A stretch of DNA of 64,000 bases from the human T2T-CHM13v2.0 reference genome, Homo sapiens, in NCBI RefSeq assembly GCF_009914755.1, contig NC_060925.1; one strand, 5' to 3'. The first letter of the stretch is position 1, and each line of letters begins with the position of its first letter. The notes beneath the pieces are model-generated. The model searched no databases, was not told the DNA's origin, and worked only from the letters and a program-made list of their open reading frames with translations. The translations under genes were made by a program, and so were the position numbers. Below, in pieces: positions 51,927 to 64,000 of the stretch.

Positions 51927-53717
51927 GCTGAAGGAGGCGCCTGGCTGCCCCAAGAGCCCAGCCCGGCCCGGCCGTGCCCGCCGGATTGCAGCCGACACCG
52001 CCAGCCCGGGGCCGCGGGGCTCGGATCGGGGACCCCCGAGCCGCTGGCCCGCGGCCTTCCCCCGGCTCCCGCGCTCCCGAGCTTCCACCACATCGGGCCC
52101 GCTCGGAGCAGGGAGTGCTCCGAGGCGTCAGGGCCCAGGGCCCACGATCCTGGGACGCCCTCCGGTCCTCCGCCCTGTCGCGGAGGCAGCGTTTTGGATC
52201 CCTCGCCGCACAGGGGCTCCTGCGAGGCCCCCTCTTGCCCCACCCACCCAGAGCCGTCAGGGCTGGCCGAAGGCGAACAGCCGGCCCAGCCTCGCGGGGC
52301 CTTTCTCTCACAACGCCCCCACCACGGTCGCTTGTCCCGACCAAGACCCGGCCGGGGGGGCAAGAGGGCGTGGGGTGTAGCGGGTCGGGGGGTGGCCCTG
52401 TTTTGCCCCGGGCTGGCACTAGAGGCGGCGGCCTGATCTCGGGTGAGAGGGCCTGAGAGAAACCCAGACACACCCCACCGCCACCAGGAGCAAATCCACT
52501 CCCCCACACACAGACACACCCGGGCGCGCTCGCACGCGCGCGCGCGGACACACACACACACACAGACACACACGCACACACGCACGCGCACACGCACGCA
52601 CACACACACGCGGCTTGAAGGAGAGCAAGGACGAGATGGATCGAGAGATAGAGACCGAGGGAGGGAGAGAGACAGCGATCGAGAGAGACAGGGGAGGGCG
52701 AGAGGGAAGGAGACAGACAGAGAGGCTGAGAAAGAGAGAGGCACAGAGAAAGAGAGAGAGAGAGACAGAGAGACAGAGGGAAAACGACAGAAGTAGCGCG
52801 AGGTCCAGGGGGAAACCCAGAAGAGAGAGGCGGAGGGAGCTAGAGAGCGAGAGCGATAGAGCCTTAGAGAGGAAGCGCCCGGCTCCGTTAGGCAGCGCCC
52901 TCTTGAGCAGGCCGGGATAGGGTGGAGGGGGCTTGGGCTGCGCCCAGAACACGGGGGCCAGGCGGTCCGTGCGAGAGGACCAACGGAGCGCTGAGGCGGG
53001 CGTTTTCTTGGATGAATTGCTTGCTTTGGAGGTGGGTTTCGTAGGCTCCTGCCTTTCTTGGCACCTCCCTGTGCTCTGGGTGCCTTGCGGCGGGCCCCGA
53101 GATTTGCAGAGCGCGCCCGCCCGTTTGGCGGGAGCCGTGGCACCGGGCGGGCCCGGAGGCCTGGGTCTCTGGCGAGTCCTCGGGACTGGAGTCGTCGACA
53201 CGAAGCGGGGGGCATTGGGAATCCCGGGTGCACAGGGCCTGCTTTCCCGGTGGCTGGCGAAGCAATGTCCTTCCCCCGGGTAAAGCAGCCCATGCGTTCC
53301 GGAGCCGACGTCTTGGCTGGCGTCTGTGGCACCCGCTGCCCCTGCCCGCCCCTTCCCCCGGTTTGGAAGGGTGCGACGACGGCGCCCGATGGGTGAATTG
53401 AATCGCCTGGGCGTTCCGGGAGCGGGAAGGCACCGCGAACGGCAGGGAACCCAGCGGCTGCGCCTTTGGGGCCCGGGCCCCTGCCCTCCCAGGCTGGAGC
53501 CGGGCTCCTGGCGGGGCGGCGGCGAGGCGGAAGCGGTGGGATGCTGCTGCCCGGCCGGCGTGCAGTAGGGGCGGACCCCCAGCAGGAGGACCCCGGCTGC
53601 GGGCTGCGGCGGGGGTGTAGGTGGGCGGTAAAGGGGGAGCAGAGTCAGGGGAGGTTGGGAAGCATGGCGACTGTGGGGGGAAGGGAGGCAGCGGGGAAGC
53701 CACAAAAGCCTACAGCA

Positions 53718-54158
<441 letters not shown>

Positions 54159-55957
54159 GCTGAAGGAGGCGCCTGGCTGCCCCAAGAGCCCAGCCCGGCC
54201 CGGCCGTGCCCGCCGGATTGCAGCCGACACCGCCAGCCCGGGGCCGCGGGGCTCGGATCGGGGACCCCCGAGCCGCTGGCCCGCGGCCTTCCCCCGGCTC
54301 CCGCGCTCCCGAGCTTCCACCACATCGGGCCCGCTCGGAGCAGGGAGTGCTCCGAGGCGTCAGGGCCCAGGGCCCACGATCCTGGGACGCCCTCCGGTCC
54401 TCCGCCCTGTCGCGGAGGCAGCGTTTTGGATCCCTCGCCGCACAGGGGCTCCTGCGAGGCCCCCTCTTGCCCCACCCACCCAGAGCCGTCAGGGCTGGCC
54501 GAAGGCGAACAGCCGGCCCAGCCTCGCGGGGCCTTTCTCTCACAACGCCCCCACCACGGTCGCTTGTCCCGACCAAGACCCGGCCGGGGGGGCAAGAGGG
54601 CGTGGGGTGTAGCGGGTCGGGGGGTGGCCCTGTTTTGCCCCGGGCTGGCACTAGAGGCGGCGGCCTGATCTCGGGTGAGAGGGCCTGAGAGAAACCCAGA
54701 CACACCCCACCGCCACCAGGAGCAAATCCACTCCCCCACACACAGACACACCCGGGCGCGCTCGCACGCGCGCGCGCGGACACACACACACACACACACA
54801 CACAGACACACACGCACACACGCACGCGCACACGCACGCACACACACACGCGGCTTGAAGGAGAGCAAGGACGAGATGGATCGAGAGATAGAGACCGAGG
54901 GAGGGAGAGAGACAGCGATCGAGAGAGACAGGGGAGGGCGAGAGGGAAGGAGACAGACAGAGAGGCTGAGAAAGAGAGAGGCACAGAGAAAGAGAGAGAG
55001 AGAGACAGAGAGACAGAGGGAAAACGACAGAAGTAGCGCGAGGTCCAGGGGGAAACCCAGAAGAGAGAGGCGGAGGGAGCTAGAGAGCGAGAGCGATAGA
55101 GCCTTAGAGAGGAAGCGCCCGGCTCCGTTAGGCAGCGCCCTCTTGAGCAGGCCGGGATAGGGTGGAGGGGGCTTGGGCTGCGCCCAGAACACGGGGGCCA
55201 GGCGGTCCGTGCGAGAGGACCAACGGAGCGCTGAGGCGGGCGTTTTCTTGGATGAATTGCTTGCTTTGGAGGTGGGTTTCGTAGGCTCCTGCCTTTCTTG
55301 GCACCTCCCTGTGCTCTGGGTGCCTTGCGGCGGGCCCCGAGATTTGCAGAGCGCGCCCGCCCGTTTGGCGGGAGCCGTGGCACCGGGCGGGCCCGGAGGC
55401 CTGGGTCTCTGGCGAGTCCTCGGGACTGGAGTCGTCGACACGAAGCGGGGGGCATTGGGAATCCCGGGTGCACAGGGCCTGCTTTCCCGGTGGCTGGCGA
55501 AGCAATGTCCTTCCCCCGGGTAAAGCAGCCCATGCGTTCCGGAGCCGACGTCTTGGCTGGCGTCTGTGGCACCCGCTGCCCCTGCCCGCCCCTTCCCCCG
55601 GTTTGGAAGGGTGCGACGACGGCGCCCGATGGGTGAATTGAATCGCCTGGGCGTTCCGGGAGCGGGAAGGCACCGCGAACGGCAGGGAACCCAGCGGCTG
55701 CGCCTTTGGGGCCCGGGCCCCTGCCCTCCCAGGCTGGAGCCGGGCTCCTGGCGGGGCGGCGGCGAGGCGGAAGCGGTGGGATGCTGCTGCCCAGCCGGCG
55801 TGCAGTAGGGGCGGACCCCCAGCAGGAGGACCCCGGCTGCGGGCTGCGGCGGGGGTGTAGGTGGGCGGTAAAGGGGGAGCAGAGTCAGGGGAGGTTGGGA
55901 AGCATGGCGACTGTGGGGGGAAGGGAGGCAGCGGGGAAGCCACAAAAGCCTACAGCA

Positions 55958-56398
<441 letters not shown>

Positions 56399-58197
56399 GC
56401 TGAAGGAGGCGCCTGGCTGCCCCAAGAGCCCAGCCCGGCCCGGCCGTGCCCGCCGGATTGCAGCCGACACCGCCAGCCCGGGGCCGCGGGGCTCGGATCG
56501 GGGACCCCCGAGCCGCTGGCCCGCGGCCTTCCCCCGGCTCCCGCGCTCCCGAGCTTCCACCACATCGGGCCCGCTCGGAGCAGGGAGTGCTCCGAGGCGT
56601 CAGGGCCCAGGGCCCACGATCCTGGGACGCCCTCCGGTCCTCCGCCCTGTCGCGGAGGCAGCGTTTTGGATCCCTCGCCGCACAGGGGCTCCTGCGAGGC
56701 CCCCTCTTGCCCCACCCACCCAGAGCCGTCAGGGCTGGCCGAAGGCGAACAGCCGGCCCAGCCTCGCGGGGCCTTTCTCTCACAACGCCCCCACCACGGT
56801 CGCTTGTCCCGACCAAGACCCGGCCGGGGGGGCAAGAGGGCGTGGGGTGTAGCGGGTCGGGGGGTGGCCCTGTTTTGCCCCGGGCTGGCACTAGAGGCGG
56901 CGGCCTGATCTCGGGTGAGAGGGCCTGAGAGAAACCCAGACACACCCCACCGCCACCAGGAGCAAATCCACTCCCCCACACACAGACACACCCGGGCGCG
57001 CTCGCACGCGCGCGCGCGGACACACACACACACACCCACACACAGACACACACGCACACACGCACGCGCACACGCACGCACACACACACGCGGCTTGAAG
57101 GAGAGCAAGGACGAGATGGATCGAGAGATAGAGACCGAGGGAGGGAGAGAGACAGCGATCGAGAGAGACAGGGGAGGGCGAGAGGGAAGGAGACAGACAG
57201 AGAGGCTGAGAAAGAGAGAGGCACAGAGAAAGAGAGAGAGAGAGACAGAGAGACAGAGGGAAAACGACAGAAGTAGCGCGAGGTCCAGGGGGAAACCCAG
57301 AAGAGAGAGGCGGAGGGAGCTAGAGAGCGAGAGCGATAGAGCCTTAGAGAGGAAGCGCCCGGCTCCGTTAGGCAGCGCCCTCTTGAGCAGGCCGGGATAG
57401 GGTGGAGGGGGCTTGGGCTGCGCCCAGAACACGGGGGCCAGGCGGTCCGTGCGAGAGGACCAACGGAGCGCTGAGGCGGGCGTTTTCTTGGATGAATTGC
57501 TTGCTTTGGAGGTGGGTTTCGTAGGCTCCTGCCTTTCTTGGCACCTCCCTGTGCTCTGGGTGCCTTGCGGCGGGCCCCGAGATTTGCAGAGCGCGCCCGC
57601 CCGTTTGGCGGGAGCCGTGGCACCGGGCGGGCCCGGAGGCCTGGGTCTCTGGCGAGTCCTCGGGACTGGAGTCGTCGACACGAAGCGGGGGGCATTGGGA
57701 ATCCCGGGTGCACAGGGCCTGCTTTCCCGGTGGCTGGCGAAGCAATGTCCTTCCCCCGGGTAAAGCAGCCCATGCGTTCCGGAGCCGACGTCTTGGCTGG
57801 CGTCTGTGGCACCCGCTGCCCCTGCCCGCCCCTTCCCCCGGTTTGGAAGGGTGCGACGACGGCGCCCGATGGGTGAATTGAATCGCCTGGGCGTTCCGGG
57901 AGCGGGAAGGCACCGCGAACGGCAGGGAACCCAGCGGCTGCGCCTTTGGGGCCCGGGCCCCTGCCCTCCCAGGCTGGAGCCGGGCTCCTGGCGGGGCGGC
58001 GGCGAGGCGGAAGCGGTGGGATGCTGCTGCCCAGCCGGCGTGCAGTAGGGGCGGACCCCCAGCAGGAGGACCCCGGCTGCGGGCTGCGGCGGGGGTGTAG
58101 GTGGGCGGTAAAGGGGGAGCAGAGTCAGGGGAGGTTGGGAAGCATGGCGACTGTGGGGGGAAGGGAGGCAGCGGGGAAGCCACAAAAGCCTACAGCA

Positions 58198-58638
<441 letters not shown>

Positions 58639-60429
58639 GCTGAAGGAGGCGCCTGGCTGCCCCAAGAGCCCAGCCCGGCCCGGCCGTGCCCGCCGGATTG
58701 CAGCCGACACCGCCAGCCCGGGGCCGCGGGGCTCGGATCGGGGACCCCCGAGCCGCTGGCCCGCGGCCTTCCCCCGGCTCCCGCGCTCCCGAGCTTCCAC
58801 CACATCGGGCCCGCTCGGAGCAGGGAGTGCTCCGAGGCGTCAGGGCCCAGGGCCCACGATCCTGGGACGCCCTCCGGTCCTCCGCCCTGTCGCGGAGGCA
58901 GCGTTTTGGATCCCTCGCCGCACAGGGGCTCCTGCGAGGCCCCCTCTTGCCCCACCCACCCAGAGCCGTCAGGGCTGGCCGAAGGCGAACAGCCGGCCCA
59001 GCCGCGCGGGGCCTTTCTCTCACAACGCCCCCACCACGGTCGCTTGTCCCGACCAAGACCCGGCCGGGGGGGCAAGAGGGCGTGGGGTGTAGCGGGTCGG
59101 GGGGTGGCCCTGTTTTGCCCCGGGCTGGCACTAGAGGCGGCGGCCTGATCTCGGGTGAGAGGGCCTGAGAGAAACCCAGACACACCCCACCGCCACCAGG
59201 AGCAAATCCACTCCCCCACACACAGACACACCCGGGCGCGCTCGCACGCGCGCGCGCGGACACACACACACACACAGACACACACGCACACACGCACGCG
59301 CACACGCACGCACACACACACGCGGCTTGAAGGAGAGCAAGGACGAGATGGATCGAGAGATAGAGACCGAGGGAGGGAGAGAGACAGCGATCGAGAGAGA
59401 CAGGGGAGGGCGAGAGGGAAGGAGACAGACAGAGAGGCTGAGAAAGAGAGAGGCACAGAGAAAGAGAGAGAGAGAGACAGAGAGACAGAGGGAAAACGAC
59501 AGAAGTAGCGCGAGGTCCAGGGGGAAACCCAGAAGAGAGAGGCGGAGGGAGCTAGAGAGCGAGAGCGATAGAGCCTTAGAGAGGAAGCGCCCGGCTCCGT
59601 TAGGCAGCGCCCTCTTGAGCAGGCCGGGATAGGGTGGAGGGGGCTTGGGCTGCGCCCAGAACACGGGGGCCAGGCGGTCCGTGCGAGAGGACCAACGGAG
59701 CGCTGAGGCGGGCGTTTTCTTGGATGAATTGCTTGCTTTGGAGGTGGGTTTCGTAGGCTCCTGCCTTTCTTGGCACCTCCCTGTGCTCTGGGTGCCTTGC
59801 GGCGGGCCCCGAGATTTGCAGAGCGCGCCCGCCCGTTTGGCGGGAGCCGTGGCACCGGGCGGGCCCGGAGGCCTGGGTCTCTGGCGAGTCCTCGGGACTG
59901 GAGTCGTCGACACGAAGCGGGGGGCATTGGGAATCCCGGGTGCACAGGGCCTGCTTTCCCGGTGGCTGGCGAAGCAATGTCCTTCCCCCGGGTAAAGCAG
60001 CCCATGCGTTCCGGAGCCGACGTCTTGGCTGGCGTCTGTGGCACCCGCTGCCCCTGCCCGCCCCTTCCCCCGGTTTGGAAGGGTGCGACGACGGCGCCCG
60101 ATGGGTGAATTGAATCGCCTGGGCGTTCCGGGAGCGGGAAGGCACCGCGAACGGCAGGGAACCCAGCGGCTGCGCCTTTGGGGCCCGGGCCCCTGCCCTC
60201 CCAGGCTGGAGCCGGGCTCCTGGCGGGGCGGCGGCGAGGCGGAAGCGGTGGGATGCTGCTGCCCGGCCGGCGTGCAGTAGGGGCGGACCCCCAGCAGGAG
60301 GACCCCGGCTGCGGGCTGCGGCGGGGGTGTAGGTGGGCGGTAAAGGGGGAGCAGAGTCAGGGGAGGTTGGGAAGCATGGCGACTGTGGGGGGAAGGGAGG
60401 CAGCGGGGAAGCCACAAAAGCCTACAGCA

Positions 60430-60870
<441 letters not shown>

Positions 60871-62667
60871 GCTGAAGGAGGCGCCTGGCTGCCCCAAGAG
60901 CCCAGCCCGGCCCGGCCGTGCCCGCCGGATTGCAGCCGACACCGCCAGCCCGGGGCCGCGGGGCTCGGATCGGGGACCCCCGAGCCGCTGGCCCGCGGCC
61001 TTCCCCCGGCTCCCGCGCTCCCGAGCTTCCACCACATCGGGCCCGCTCGGAGCAGGGAGTGCTCCGAGGCGTCAGGGCCCAGGGCCCACGATCCTGGGAC
61101 GCCCTCCGGTCCTCCGCCCTGTCGCGGAGGCAGCGTTTTGGATCCCTCGCCGCACAGGGGCTCCTGCGAGGCCCCCTCTTGCCCCACCCACCCAGAGCCG
61201 TCAGGGCTGGCCGAAGGCGAACAGCCGGCCCAGCCGCGCGGGGCCTTTCTCTCACAACGCCCCCACCACGGTCGCTTGTCCCGACCAAGACCCGGCCGGG
61301 GGGGCAAGAGGGCGTGGGGTGTAGCGGGTCGGGGGGTGGCCCTGTTTTGCCCCGGGCTGGCACTAGAGGCGGCGGCCTGATCTCGGGTGAGAGGGCCTGA
61401 GAGAAACCCAGACACACCCCACCGCCACCAGGAGCAAATCCACTCCCCCACACACAGACACACCCGGGCGCGCTCGCACGCGCGCGCGCGGACACACACA
61501 CACACACAGACACAGACACACACGCACACACGCACGCGCACACGCACGCACACACACACGCGGCTTGAAGGAGAGCAAGGACGAGATGGATCGAGAGATA
61601 GAGACCGAGGGAGGGAGAGAGACAGCGATCGAGAGAGACAGGGGAGGGCGAGAGGGAAGGAGACAGACAGAGAGGCTGAGAAAGAGAGAGGCACAGAGAA
61701 AGAGAGAGAGAGAGACAGAGAGACAGAGGGAAAACGACAGAAGTAGCGCGAGGTCCAGGGGGAAACCCAGAAGAGAGAGGCGGAGGGAGCTAGAGAGCGA
61801 GAGCGATAGAGCCTTAGAGAGGAAGCGCCCGGCTCCGTTAGGCAGCGCCCTCTTGAGCAGGCCGGGATAGGGTGGAGGGGGCTTGGGCTGCGCCCAGAAC
61901 ACGGGGGCCAGGCGGTCCGTGCGAGAGGACCAACGGAGCGCTGAGGCGGGCGTTTTCTTGGATGAATTGCTTGCTTTGGAGGTGGGTTTCGTAGGCTCCT
62001 GCCTTTCTTGGCACCTCCCTGTGCTCTGGGTGCCTTGCGGCGGGCCCCGAGATTTGCAGAGCGCGCCCGCCCGTTTGGCGGGAGCCGTGGCACCGGGCGG
62101 GCCCGGAGGCCTGGGTCTCTGGCGAGTCCTCGGGACTGGAGTCGTCGACACGAAGCGGGGGGCATTGGGAATCCCGGGTGCACAGGGCCTGCTTTCCCGG
62201 TGGCTGGCGAAGCAATGTCCTTCCCCCGGGTAAAGCAGCCCATGCGTTCCGGAGCCGACGTCTTGGCTGGCGTCTGTGGCACCCGCTGCCCCTGCCCGCC
62301 CCTTCCCCCGGTTTGGAAGGGTGCGACGACGGCGCCCGATGGGTGAATTGAATCGCCTGGGCGTTCCGGGAGCGGGAAGGCACCGCGAACGGCAGGGAAC
62401 CCAGCGGCTGCGCCTTTGGGGCCCGGGCCCCTGCCCTCCCAGGCTGGAGCCGGGCTCCTGGCGGGGCGGCGGCGAGGCGGAAGCGGTGGGATGCTGCTGC
62501 CCGGCCGGCGTGCAGTAGGGGCGGACCCCCAGCAGGAGGACCCCGGCTGCGGGCTGCGGCGGGGGTGTAGGTGGGCGGTAAAGGGGGAGCAGAGTCAGGG
62601 GAGGTTGGGAAGCATGGCGATTGTGGGGGGAAGGGAGGCAGCGGGGAAGCCACAAAAGCCTACAGCA

Positions 62668-63108
<441 letters not shown>

Positions 63109-64000
63109 GCTGAAGGAGGCGCCTGGCTGCCCCAAGAGCCCAGCCCGGCCCGGCCGTGCCCGCCGGATTGCAGCCGACACCGCCAGCCCGGGGCCGCGGG
63201 GCTCGGATCGGGGACCCCCGAGCCGCTGGCCCGCGGCCTTCCCCCGGCTCCCGCGCTCCCGAGCTTCCACCACATCGGGCCCGCTCGGAGCAGGGAGTGC
63301 TCCGAGGCGTCAGGGCCCAGGGCCCACGATCCTGGGACGCCCTCCGGTCCTCCGCCCTGTCGCGGAGGCAGCGTTTTGGATCCCTCGCCGCACAGGGGCT
63401 CCTGCGAGGCCCCCTCTTGCCCCACCCACCCAGAGCCGTCAGGGCTGGCCGAAGGCGAACAGCCGGCCCAGCCGCGCGGGGCCTTTCTCTCACAACGCCC
63501 CCACCACGGTCGCTTGTCCCGACCAAGACCCGGCCGGGGGGGCAAGAGGGCGTGGGGTGTAGCGGGTCGGGGGGTGGCCCTGTTTTGCCCCGGGCTGGCA
63601 CTAGAGGCGGCGGCCTGATCTCGGGTGAGAGGGCCTGAGAGAAACCCAGACACACCCCACCGCCACCAGGAGCAAATCCACTCCCCCACACACAGACACA
63701 CCCGGGCGCGCTCGCACGCGCGCGCGCGGACACACACACACACACACACACACAGACACACACGCACACACGCACGCGCACACGCACGCACACACACACG
63801 CGGCTTGAAGGAGAGCAAGGACGAGATGGATCGAGAGATAGAGACCGAGGGAGGGAGAGAGACAGCGATCGAGAGAGACAGGGGAGGGCGAGAGGGAAGG
63901 AGACAGACAGAGAGGCTGAGAAAGAGAGAGGCACAGAGAAAGAGAGAGAGAGAGACAGAGAGACAGAGGGAAAACGACAGAAGTAGCGCGAGGTCCAGGG

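Overview
The whole window is an uninterrupted head-to-tail tandem array of about 2.24-kb GC/CpG-rich units: 28 complete periods plus partial ends. It matches the primate (human-type, chr1q42) 5S rDNA cluster. Each unit carries one 121-nt 5S rRNA gene on the minus strand (29 copies), with an internal control region, an upstream D-box and oligo-T terminators. Each unit also has one plus-strand AluY-like element abutting the 5S 3' end, a CG/CA alternating microsatellite and a GA-rich polypurine tract. No credible protein-coding gene is present. The array itself is well known, and I found no convincing wholly new system. The most interesting details are: (1) the Alu's 14-bp target-site duplication is the 3' end of the 5S gene, so the Alu inserted into the terminator and its tail now supplies backup terminators; (2) the Alu B-box is mutated and its divergence from AluY is almost all AT->GC; (3) copy 23 has a 10-nt internal deletion but intact promoter elements; (4) copy 5 has two substitutions that both preserve pairing in helix V; (5) spacer SNPs form local blocks and higher-order periodicities. 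All unit comparisons were made by eye, aided by the ORF track.
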